From NCBI RefSeq assembly GCF_009914755.1, contig NC_060937.1: DNA of 64,000 bases; one strand, written 5' to 3'. Under the pieces are notes generated by a model, which saw only the letters and a list, made by a program, of their open reading frames with translations, had not been told where the DNA came from and searched no databases. Positions 14,371 to 28,325 of this stretch are shown here, one piece after another. Every line of letters starts with the position of its first letter. The first letter of the stretch is position 1. A program made the translations under genes and the position numbers. Source of the DNA: the human T2T-CHM13v2.0 reference genome, Homo sapiens.

Positions 14371-17173
14371 GGCATTGGCAATCAAGTTTACTTTGCGTCA
14401 TTTTTACTTCCTTTTTCAGATTTATTTTTAGTAAACAAAAGTGAAAAAAGAGAAAGATTGAAATTTGAGTTTCATGTCCTTAACTTTATCCAGCAGAAAT
14501 GGCAATAGAGGAGAAAATCCAGCAATAGGCTTATATAACCAGGAGCTTCACCCGGCAGCGCTGGTTGTGAATGTAATTGTAATCACTAACACTTGTATAA
14601 ACCCTGCTTTTTATAAAGCAACCTCCGATACTTTATACTACTTTTTACGGGGAGGAAAAAAATAAATTTTCTCTTCATGAATTCATAGTGTCGGAGGCAG
14701 AAAGCATAATTTTAATTCTAGTTCAGGCACTATAGGCATAGCAGGTTAACTTCTGAAAGTTTGTAATTTAGCGTCCTGGAAGTTGGAATATATCTTCACT
14801 CTTGATGTAAATCTAGAAGTTGCTAGTTGGGATGGGGTGCGCTTCCTCTGAGCCACTGGAGTCTTGAGAGGCCCAGAGAGTAAGGTGGGGGCGGGGGCTG
14901 GCTCAGTTAATGTTCTGGAATCCCGGCTGCTTTGAAACAGTGCTGCTGGAAGCTCCTGAAGGGAAAGGAGGAGAGAGGAAAAGCAGGAGAAACTTGGTAT
15001 CTGCTCTTGGACAAAAATGTCTTGGCAGATGTCTTGGTGTTGAGGGAATGGTGCCACCTCTACCTCAGTTCTCCCTCCTGAGCCCTGCATGAGTGTGATG
15101 CCTGCATTGTTCAGTTCAGGTGTTCCACTGATTCTGACTAAATCAAAAGTATACATGTAAATCCAGCCCATCTGTTTTCATGATTGTTAAACGCCGTCTC
15201 TTCTGACCACTATGTTATAACATTGTCTTGAAATTTTGCCTTTGTCAGAGCCATTTCTGAATACATTTTGTGGTTTAGCTGGATGATGATGTAATGTTTT
15301 TAATGAGCATTTAATTGAAATGGCATCTTTATAAAATGGCATCAACCTAGCTCTTTGGAATATTCTGAAATAAGTTCCTTGATCATTTTGTCTCTTTAGA
15401 AAATGAGACATGCTTTTCTTATAAATTGTGGCTTTTCCCACAAATATTTTCAAAGAGATTTTTGCAGACAACATTTTCGGGCTGTTACTACTAATGTTGG
15501 AGAGCTCATGTGGTTTTGTCCCAGATGTTCACAGTAGGCTGGTTTAGTGACTATGTTTCCAGACCTAATTTGGCTAATCCTATGTTAGTTATGTCTGTTC
15601 CTGAACCCCAACCAGATTTCATGACTGATAGGAGTCTGGAAGAACAGACTCACCTGCTGCCTTGGGTCAGGGGATCCTGGAGCCACACATAACACTGAAT
15701 TGTCTCTAAGAGAGCATCTGGGACTGTGTTTCTGTCTCTCTCATTTTATGACACTTTTCATGCATGCCATAAGCATCATCATTATATTAGGTTTGTATCA
15801 CATGCAATCACAGATCATTCTAAATGTGACTTAGTATTTTATCAAACCAAGCACATGGAGAACTTGTGTTACCTTTTCTGTTGTTGTTGTTGTTTACCCT
15901 GTAGAAATTGTCCTCTGGATTTCTGAGATGGGTAATGCCCTCCTGTCTCATCTCAGCCCTCACCAGTGTTGGACCTGATCCTGAATTTGCAAAAGGCAAA
16001 CTGATCTCAGTCTAGTTCCGGTAAATGCCAGCCCCACTGATGCGATGGGGAGGCGAAGCCTTCTTAGCTTTCTCCTTGCCCTTTAGGCCTTTGTGTACCA
16101 GTGACGGGTGTCTGCGAGGAAGAGCTTGGCTCTTGGAGAACACAGGTTTGGTGAGATCACATCTCTCCATATGCACTTTGGATAAATTTCTTTATTTATA
16201 GAGACTTTTTTGGAGCCTATACATTTGACCCCTGCTGACCTCACCGCTGTAGCCCCACCCCCACCTCATCAGCTCACCTTTCCACCTCCGCGCCCAATAC
16301 AGGCTGGTTTTCTTTTTGCCTGAAATGTTCTTCCCCCTCTCAACTGACCCCCACCCCAAATATCCATCTCTGCCCCCCATACTACTTTCTCTGAAATTAT
16401 GCTCTTACCATGGTTTGCACAGACGGTAGATAAATACTGTTCCAAAGGCTGGCTTGGGGAACCCAACTATTCCCGGTTTGGGGTTTTGTCCCCCTTTGAA
16501 AAAATTCACTTGAGATTTTAAATATCTGACTAAAGTGAAAACAGGAAAGACTCTCAGAGTGGTAGAATTGTAACAGAGCTGTTAAGATTTCACTCAGTGG
16601 GAAGGAATATTTTGTCAGCAACTTGCTTTAGGAATAAACTGGACAATCGAATGGGGCTTTTCCAGCCTGCATTAACAGCAAGCTGTAGCTTGGAAACACC
16701 TGCATGACAAACACTTTCTTAGGACTTCTTTTTTCCAGGAGTAGCTTATTGGCAGGTTTTAACAAGAAACGACACCCACAGGTGTTTGCCTCTAAAACTG
16801 TTGAAACAGAACCATCTAGTCCCCAGGGTTTCCCTACAGGGTGTGCAGGGTGATGACTGTGACTTGTTTGAAGGATGCTATCTTTTCAGAGGCTCTTGGC
16901 AAGTCCCAGAATCTCACCTTGGTTTGGGACTTTCTCCTCCAAGGGAATAAACTATTTCCAGATGGTGTTAGCTTTGCCTAGGGAAGGAAGTACTCTTTCC
17001 TAGACTGAAAACTAAAATGCAATGCTGAGTTACCTCTCCAAAACAAGGAACTGAAATATTAGGCTTAGCCCATCTTCATTAAAGTTTAATGCTCAAATTA
17101 CCTTGTGTGTTAGCATTTTATTGAATGCCAGTAGCATTCACTGTCATGACAAGTTAGAAATTAATGCATTGTC

Positions 17174-17497
<324 letters not shown>

Positions 17498-17730
17498 CTA
17501 CATTTAGAAAACATCCTTTAGATTTCTCTGTTTCTGCTGTTCTGCCAAATTGCCAGCCTCTGGTACATAGTCTTAAGGGTTCCCCTCCATGCAGGTGTTC
17601 TCTTCATAGGTTAACATTCAGTCCTGAATGATCCAAGAGTTTGTCTCATGTAAAGGCCATCCAGCTTCATGAATTGCGTTGCTCTGTGCGAATGCCTCAT
17701 GCTATTTATTTTATTTTCTTTTAAAAATGT

Positions 17731-17880
17731 TTTTTCTTTTTTAGAGACTAAGTCTCACTCTGTCACCCAGGCTGGAGTGCAGTGGCATGATCATAACCTC
17801 AAACTCTTGGGCTCAAGCAACCGTCCTGCCTCAGTTTCCTGAGTAGCTGGGATAACAGGCACACACCACCATGCCTGGCT
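17731..17880 (-). mobile_element. Alu monomer (FLAM/FRAM/AluJ arm)
   Basis: agagactaagtctcactctgtcacccaggctggagtgcagtgg..ggctcaagcaa..accatgcctggct. Confidence 0.8.
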
Positions 17881-18045
17881 TCTTCATATTGGTTCTCTCT
17901 CCTGATTGCGTAGAGGACTGTATCCGACCCCAATGTCTCCTCCTCAGTCTGACGGGAGAGATGAGAATTCTCTCTGTTAGACATTCTGTCTTCAGTGTAT
18001 GTTCTCTGTATTTACTCCACCTCCTCCTATTTCTTCCCTCTGAGG

Positions 18046-18259
18046 CAGTGGTTCTCAACCAGGATTGATTTTTGCCTCCCAGGGGACATTTGGCAATGTC
18101 TGCAGTTATATTTGGTTGTCACAACTAGGATGGGTGCTACTGGCATCTAGCGGGTGGAAGCCAGAGATGCTACCAAGCAGTCTGCGATGCACAGGTCAGC
18201 CCCCAGACAAAGAATTATCTGGCCCAAAATGTCCGTAGTGCCACATTTAATAAACTCTG
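18046..18259 (+). mobile_element. MER20 (hAT-Charlie)
   Basis: cagtggttctcaacc..ccaggggacatttggcaatgtctg..gctactggcatctag..aagaattatctggcccaaaatgtc. Confidence 0.88.
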
Positions 18260-18567
18260 GGCTAATGAAATGTCCACACCAACTCAGAATAAAAGGTCAG
18301 ATCTCCAGGCGTTCCTGGCACTCCCGGAGTTGTTCACTTTCTGTGCTTCCTTATGTGGTATAAAATTTCTGTCATATGAGTCTAATTTTCTGTCCACCGC
18401 AGTTCTCTCCTGGATATTTCCTTTCCATTAGGTGTCAGTATTTCAAATGAGTACTTCTTAGTCTAATTGTTTTTTTCTTTGAAATTATCTCCTGTCATTC
18501 TTAGGAGTCCATTTTTCTAACTCAGTTAATTAGTACAAACTCTCATTTACAAAATTTACAGTTTCTT

Positions 18568-18791
18568 GGCCGGGTGCAGTGGTGTGTGCCTGTAATCCCA
18601 GCACTTTGGGAGGCCGAGGCAGGTGGATCACCTGAGGTCAGGAGTTCGCGGCCAGCCTGACTAACATGGTAAAGGCTGAGACAGGAGGATCACTTGTACC
18701 TGGGAGGTGGAGGTTGCAGTGAGCCAAGATCATGCTATTGCACTACAGCCTGGGCAACAAGAGAGAAACTCAGTCTCAGAAAAAAAAAAAA
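18568..18791 (+). mobile_element. AluS with internal deletion of about 70 bp
   Basis: Left arm joins directly to 'aggctgag' near 18672; TSD TTACAGTTTCTT at 18556-18567 and 18792-18803. Confidence 0.9.
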
Positions 18792-18803
18792 TTACAGTTT
18801 CTT

Positions 18804-19309
<506 letters not shown>

Positions 19310-20206
19310 TTATAATGTCTAAAAATTTTGTTTATTGTGTGTATATCCATAAAATATGAAACATGTTCTATGTCCTCCCTATTAAACAAATACTTTGTAT
19401 GTTTTAGTCCCTGACTCAACCAGATTGGAAATATTGGTATTAGAAGAAAATTCAAAAAGTTGTCAAACCATAGCTACAAATTTTGACTTTCAGCTTAGTC
19501 TCCCATGCCTGCTAACCCTTTTGTCTGATCAGAGTTTTCTCTAGGGCCCCTTAGGGCTAATGTAGGTGGGACTTCAAGCACATAGATCATTGCTCTTCTC
19601 AATTCAGATGGATTAATGAGCAGATGAGTTGAGATGGAGATGAGGAAAGACATCCTAAGCTATGTTGAGGAGGGAGAAGATCTGAGACTCAAGTTTCTGC
19701 TGTTAAATCCATGAGGCTGATTTAGCAGCTAAGAATACAGGCCTTAGCCTTTTAGAGTTCCCTATCTGATAGGAGCCTTAGAGATAACTCAGTTGTCATC
19801 ATTTGCATCTGATATAAAAATCTCCATTTTATGGGTGGAGAATTGAGACTCAAAACCTAAACTTTTAAAAAATGAAATAATGGCAGAGCTGGAACAGAGA
19901 GCAGGGCTGTTATTGGGTTTTGTAACTCTTATTACGGGGACTGCCTCCACTAACCCTAGTTCCCTTCTCTCCACCTCATGTTTTCTTTGTTTTGGAATAT
20001 GGTCATGTTTCATTGCTGTCTTTTCTTCCTCTCGTGAACTTAAAATATGAATCATTTGGTACCAAGTTTTCATATGTCTTCCTGTATTCATATGACCAGA
20101 ACCAGTCTTCTCCATCCCAAACACCGCTGTTTATCTACATACTCCAGCCAAAAACTTTCTTGATTCCTCACATTCTTTTCTACCCTACATCCAAATCATA
20201 AGAAAA

Positions 20207-20494
20207 TTTTGTTTGTTTGTTTGTTTTTATAAGAGACAGGGTCTTGCTCTGTCACCCAGGCTGGAGTGCAGTGGTGTGATCATAGCTCACTGCAGCTTCA
20301 ACTTCCTGGGCTTAAGGAATCCTCCCACATAGCTGGAACTACAGGCATGCACCAGCATACCTGGCTAGTTTTTAAAAAATTTGTTCATAGAGATAGGGTT
20401 ACCCAGGCTGGTCTCAAACTCCTGGGCTCAAGCAGTCCTCCTGCCTCAGCCTCCTAAGTGCTGGGATTGCAGGTGTGGGCCACTGTGCCTGGCC
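20207..20494 (-). mobile_element. AluJ
   Basis: gatcatagctcactgcagc..ctcaaactcctgggctcaagcagtcctcc. Confidence 0.88.
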
Positions 20495-20556
20495 AAATGC
20501 TGTCATTTCCACCTTCAAAATATTTCCAAGTGGCTTCTGTCCAAGCCACTCTGGGC

Positions 20557-20680
20557 CTGCATTGTTCAATAGCACTTTCTGTGAGGATGGAAATGTTCTG
20601 TATCTGTACTGCCCAATACAGTCGCCATTAGCCACATGTGGCTATTGTGAATTTAAAATGACTGAGGAACTGAAGTTTTT
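20557..20680 (+). mobile_element. MER3 (hAT-Charlie), 5' part
   Basis: caatagcactttctgtgaggatggaaatgttctg..tagccacatgtggctattg..actgaggaactgaagtttt. Confidence 0.8.
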
Positions 20681-22160
<1,480 letters not shown>

Positions 22161-22162
22161 TC

Positions 22163-22425
22163 AAAAACAAAAAGTCAAATACTGCATGGCCTCACTTATA
22201 AGTGGTAGCTAAGTAACGTGTACACATGGACATGGAGTGTGGCATGATAGACACTGGAGACTCAGAAGGGTGAGAGGGTGGGAAGGGAAAGGGTGATGAG
22301 AAATTCTTTAATAGATACAATGCACATTGTTCAGGTGATGGAGACACTAAAAGCCTAGACTTCACTCCCATATATTCATGTAACAAAATTGCACTTGCAC
22401 CCCTTAAATTTACATCAATTAAAAA
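22163..22425 (+). mobile_element. L1MA 3' end fragment
   Basis: aaatactgcatggcctcacttataagtgg..acactaaaagcctagacttcac..catgtaacaaaattgcacttgcacccc. Confidence 0.8.
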
Positions 22426-22464
22426 TGATTTTATAGCTTTGTTTCTATGATCCATTTTTAAAAA

Positions 22465-22654
22465 TTTTTATTATGTTAAAAACATCATCTTTTCCATTTT
22501 AACATTTTAAGCATACAATTCAGAGACATTAATTACAGAATGTTATGCAACCATCACCACTATGTTTTTCCAAAAATTTTCATCACCCCAAACTGAAACT
22601 CTGTGCTCATTAAGCAATAACTCCTCCTTCTCCCCTTCCTCCCCAGCCCCAGGT
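22465..22654 (-). mobile_element. Second L1MB 3'-end fragment
   Basis: ttttcatcaccccaaactgaaactctgtgctcattaagcaataactcc..ccccagccccaggta. Confidence 0.75.
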
Positions 22655-22743
22655 AGGAATGAAGTTTGTATTGTATTTTATTTTAATTAATTTAAATGTA
22701 AACAACTAAATGCAGCTGGTGATTACCATATTGGGCTGCACAG
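22655..22743 (+). mobile_element. MER3, 3' part
   Basis: ttttaattaatttaaatgtaaa..taccatattgggctgcacag. Confidence 0.7.
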
Positions 22744-23269
22744 TTATAACACGACTAGTATCATCCTCTTAGATAGACTGCTACAGTCATTTCTAAGCTG
22801 GCTTTGCATTTATTATTATCCTATTTATGGTTATCTATGGTCCATTCTCCCATAAAAGCTGGACTATTCCTTTAAGAATGTAACTTATTCCATTTCATTC
22901 CCAGCTCTGAATCTTCCAGTGGTTACCTATTACAATTAACAAAGAAATCCAAGCTCTTTGCTGTGGTCCACATTTGTCTGCCCCTTTGACTGTCTGCCTT
23001 CTCCTTTTCCTTCTCCCAGTGCCTGCAGCCCCACTGGTCTTCGTAATGATCCTTGAGCTCATCAAGTGCTGTCTGCATTCAGACTCTGCACAGTTTCTCT
23101 CCTCTGTCTGGAACACTCACCCTGTAGATCCCCATTTAACTCTCTCCCTCGTACCATTCAGATCTGCTCAAATGTCACCTCCTCAGAAAGATTGTTCCAG
23201 AGCTCCCTATCTAAAATAGCCATGCTATTACTCTACCTTATAGCTCCTGTGTTTTATTCTTATTTTTTA

Positions 23270-23420
23270 TTAAGACAGGGTCTTACACTGTCACCCAGGC
23301 TGGAGTGCACTGTTGCAGTCATGGCTCACTGCAGCCTCAAACTCCGGAGCTCAAGCAATCCTCCCACCGCAAGCCTCCCAAGTAGCTGGGACCACAGGCG
23401 AGCACCACCACACTTGGCTA
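23270..23420 (-). mobile_element. Alu right monomer (FRAM/AluJ) within an L2 spanning about 22760-23930
   Basis: agacagggtcttacactgtcacccagg..ctcaagcaatcctccc..cacttggctaat. Confidence 0.8.
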
Positions 23421-23431
23421 ATATGTTTCTT

Positions 23432-23748
23432 TTCTTTTCTTTTTTTTCCTTTTTTTTTTTTTTTTTTTTGAGGCAGAGTCTCACTCTGTTGCCCAGGCTG
23501 GAGTGCAGTGGCATGATCACTCACTGCAACCTTCACCTCCCAGGTTCAAGTGATTCTCCTGCCTCAGCCTCCTGAGTAGCTGGCAATTCAGGCAGGTGCC
23601 ATCATGCCCAGTTAATTTTTGTTTTTTTAGTAGAGACAGGGTTTCACCATGTTGGCCAGGCTGGTCTTGAACTCCTGACCTCAGGTGATCCACCCACCTT
23701 GGCCTTCCAAAGTGCTGGGATTACAGGTGTGAGCCGCCGCACCCAGCA
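23432..23748 (-). mobile_element. AluSx-like
   Basis: Full dimer; degenerate TSD gctaatatgtttctt/gctaatgtatttctt. Confidence 0.92.
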
Positions 23749-24659
23749 GCTAATGTATTTCTTCATAGCACTTATTACACCTGACATTTTATCGTGTATC
23801 TGTTTAAGGTTTTATGTCCTGTCTCCTCACTAGACCACAAGCTGTATAAAAACAGGGACCTTCTCTTCCCGGTTTTCATAATAGTGCCTGGCATAAAATA
23901 GGCTGTAAGTAAATATTTGTTGAGTACATAAAAGAAGAATCTTATTCATTTCAAGGCTATAATCTATGTTAGAATCAAAGAGATGGTCTCCATACTAAAC
24001 TGAAGTATTTCTTCATTGAGGCAGGCATTTAAAAGTGTTGCACCTGTTAGTAAAACAGTCTTAAGGCCAGTTCCTGAAAAGTGAACTCCTACAGTTTTGA
24101 GTAACTATTTGCTAATACATCAGCATGTTGCCTTCTTGGGATTAATTCAGCCTTTCTTTTACTTTTTTAACTTGCTCCCTTCCTTCCCTTTTAATGAAGT
24201 CATGCCTAAGCTCCAGTCTGTCCTTGTCCCCTCTCCCCTAAGCTTTGAGACCGTTCCTTTTTAAGTCAGTGGCCATGTCTCGCCCCGTTCTCCCGATATA
24301 ACTCTTACTTTACCCAGCAGCAGGGCCTCCGTTTAGTGCAGCCCGTGATGTTGCTTTCCTGGTTCATCTTCCCTTATCCACAGATTTACCTGGCTGGAAT
24401 CGGGAGACTGTGTGTGCCCAGGGGCTGGATTCGGAGACCCATGCTTCTGCAGTTCCACTTATGACTCCATCATTATGCTGTTTTAGGAAAATAAATAGAT
24501 ATTGATTCTCTAATAAGAGTGGGATTGTTCAACAAGCATTGGGAAAATCTGCGAGCCCAGATATGTATGTATAGCAGCTACTGGTTGGAAATTTGAACAC
24601 AAGCATCCTTATCTACCCAGCCTGCGGGCCACAGACCAGAACTGAGTATAAAAAAAGAA

Positions 24660-25079
24660 TAAAACCAAATGCCACATGTTGTCTCTTATAAGTCAGAACT
24701 CAACATTGAGTACACATGAACATAAAGAAGAGAACAATAGATGCCGGAGAACTTGACAAGAGAGGGAGAGAGGAAAGGCTTGAAAAACTACCCATTGGGA
24801 TGCCAGGCACGGTGGCTCACGCCTGTAATCCCAGCACTTTGGGAGCCTGAGGCGGGTGGATCATGAGGTCAGGAGTTCGAGACCAGCCTGGTTAAGATGG
24901 TAAAACCCTGTCTCTACTAAAAATACAAAAATTAGCCAGGCATGGTGGCGGGCACCTGTAATCCCAGCTACTTGGGAGGCTGAGGCAGAGAATTGCTTGA
25001 ATCCAGGAGGCGGAGGTTGCAGTGACCCGAGATTGTACCACTGCATTCCAGCCTGGGCGACAGACCGAGACTCTGTCTC

Positions 25080-25110
<31 letters not shown>

Positions 25111-25250
25111 CAAAAAAAAACACTACCCATTGGGTACTATGCTTACTACCTGGGTGTCAGAGTCATTTGTACTCCAGACCTCAGCATCACACAGTATACC
25201 TTTGTAACAAACCTGCGCATGTACCCCAAAATCTAAAACAAAAGTTGGAA
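24660..25250 (+). mobile_element. Old primate L1 (L1PA15-16/L1PB-like) 3' end, split by an Alu
   Basis: ccaaatgccacatgtt..gaaaaactacccattggg|Alu|tactatgcttactacctgggtg..gtaacaaacctgcgcatgtacccc. Confidence 0.8.
24801..25120 (+). mobile_element. AluS (Sg-like) with (CAAAA)n tail
   Basis: TSD ACTACCCATTGGG on both sides. Confidence 0.92.
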
Positions 25251-26056
25251 GAAGTTGAAAGAAATAAGAATAAAGGAAGGTTGGCAGTGTCATCCAAGGA
25301 AACTAAGCCTGATATTAAAATAGGCTCTGACCACTCAGGATAAAAAACAGACTTCTCTGTGCAGGTGTAGCGGAGATGATGAAACAACTCTATTAGCATT
25401 CTGCCTTAGTGGTTGTTATAGTCATAGCCATCCTTGAAAAGAAAAAAAAAAAAAGGAAAATATAGGAAAACTGAGGCTTAAAATCCTTCTTCTATTTTCT
25501 AAACTTCTGTCATTGGAGTGCTTGCGTTCCCCCAGGTGATAGACTCCGGAAGCTCATACAGTTGCAGATGAGAACATGAGTAATAAATACCCCCAAAATT
25601 CTTTCCAAGTTCAGTCATGATGAATTGGTTTAATATGCATGTAGTTATCTTTTTATTGGTCCATAATTCCAATTTAGCAAAATGTAAAGATGAATCATAA
25701 AGAATACCTGGAAAAAGCCCCAACATTGATGGCACTTAATAAAGATAGATGAGTATGTTCTTACTCCTTTTTTTAAAACAAACTGGACAAAGATAAATTT
25801 TAATGTTTACAAAAATGTAAATTTCAGTGCAGATCAAGCGTTTGGTTGGTTGGTTGGTTGGAAGCTTGACTTTATTTGCTTCATTTGGAGAGAATATAAG
25901 ATGAAAAAGTTCATCATTAGAAAGAGAAGTAAGCATTAGAGTCACAGGATGGGATTTTGAAATACTCTGTGAGTTGATTGATGTTCCTAAAGTTCCCTGT
26001 TTAATGCTCTGAGTTAAATAGGTGGCCATGCTCAGCTTCTTGGATGTTAATAGTAA

Positions 26057-26203
<147 letters not shown>

Positions 26204-26681
26204 TAAAAAGGGCCTTCCTCATTATTATTATTTATTTCAAATCTTCAAAATGTATTTTATATATCCTTCAAAGTTCAGAATGGTTGTGAAATGCTTACAT
26301 CATCGTTTCTGAAGGTTATGCCAAGTGAAGGTTTCTGGGCAGGTGGTTAACAGATTTCCCCATTCTTCAAATGACCATTTTACACCTACCTGCAAAGGAA
26401 AACAACACTCAGGAAGGTGGTATCTCCCAAGCTAAGAAAAGGGCAAAACTATTATTTATGAGAAAGACTGTTACTAGAATGAAAGCTCTTCTGGAAGTGA
26501 ATCTGCCTGTATGTCCCCTGAAAATAACCCTTAGAGAATTAGCTACTGACATGGCTGGTGCTTTCAAACCGGAGCTGCCTTGGGGAAGCTAGTTCTGGAG
26601 TGGAGAGATGGGATTTCTCATGGAAAGTGAAAATAACTCATTGAGAATAATGTGTTTCCAAACTGTCTTTTATTTTCACAG

Positions 26682-26738
26682 TATGTTGTTGTTACTGTTT
26701 GTCTGAAAGCTGGTTTGGAGACCACAGCTTGGACTAAA
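26682..26738 (+). CDS. ATP8A2: ATP8A2 coding exon (57 nt, phase 0-0): YVVVTVCLKAGLETTAWTK
   Basis: Acceptor ttttcacag|TAT, donor AAA|gtaagt; P4-ATPase TM8-type sequence. Confidence 0.95.
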
Positions 26739-28127
26739 GTAAGTTTTCTCTAGAATTGTTTCTCTGTTCAGTATAGATATTTTTCATGCTAGGATTTCTT
26801 TTTAAGCCTTGGGGAAACCATAAGCAATATCTGGCTATCTTCTTTCAGATTTTCTGTGTAAAAATTGTGGTTTGATCTTGATCAGGGTAAATTTGCAATC
26901 CAAAGTCTCTTGGTGATTCATTTGCTTGGCACGTAATACAGCTCTAAGCTATTAACAGTCATCTCACTTCAAATGTATTTGCTCATTGTAAAAACAAAAA
27001 CCATATTATACACACACATATATGGAAAATATAGAAGGACAAAAAACATTTAATGTCCATAATTTTACCACCAAGAGACAGTCACTGTTAATGCTTTCCT
27101 GTGGAACCTTCCGGACTTCGTTCTATGTCTGCATGTGTGTGTATTTTTTAATAAGATGATGCATTATAAAACATAGGACTTTGTAATCCCTTTTAATTTA
27201 AATATATATTAGGCACATTTTCTGTGACTTAAAATACAAGTCAACAAAGTTATTGTTCTTGATTAAAGAGTATTACGTTTTACAGATGTCCCACCATTTA
27301 CTTCATCACTCTCTTATTTTAGACATTTTGGTTATTTCCAGCATTTAAAGATTATAACTAAAGCTTCATGTGTGTCTCTCATAGTGTCATGACCTGGCTG
27401 CTGTTTAAATGCTCTGCTAAGAAAAATGGGGATGGGGTGGAAGGTCAGTGAGGAATCAGGGAATCCCCTAAGAGACAGTGGCAATTAATCCGGGTCAGAG
27501 GTGATGATGACTTCGCTTACGATGTTAGAGGAGGAGGTAGTGAGAAGTGGTCGGAGTCTGGATTCATTTTATCTTTCTAAAAGCTAACAGAGCTTGCACA
27601 TGGATTAGATTGTGGGGTGTGAAGAGAGAAAGAAGTCAAGGATCATCACATTAAGAGGACAAAGAAGAAAAAATGAACAACGCAGTAGATGCTTAAAGGG
27701 GCATTGTTAAGAGGCAATATCCATTTCAGATTTAAAAATAAAAAACTCTTGGCTAAAGGAATGGAACAAAGTCTTGAAATGATAAATAAAAACATCTTAT
27801 TTATTTTGTCTGTTCAGCCACTCTGTTACCAGATTAATGAGTCCTTGTTGTATACAGCCGCAGGTTGGAGCAAACACTTGCTATGAACTGAGAGGGGCCC
27901 GCTGTTACTATGGGAGAAATCTTAGAGTAAGGTCACCTGTGACAGCAAAAGCACCTTCATCTTCAGGGTACTTTGGGGCCATTCATTACTTGAATTCATT
28001 GTTAAAAATTCTGAGACATGGGAATTAGAAAGATTGAACTTCCCATTAACTGGTGAGTCATCAAAGTCTTTCCATAAGGAAAGGTAGCTTGGATGCAAGG
28101 ATTCTGCAGCAAGTGGAGTTGGGGTGA

Positions 28128-28325
<198 letters not shown>

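Noticed and set aside
25370-25460. ATGATGA (box C-like) followed by an A-rich run, suggesting a snoRNA retrocopy
   Set aside because: No suitably placed box D (CTGA) with terminal stem, and no TSD.
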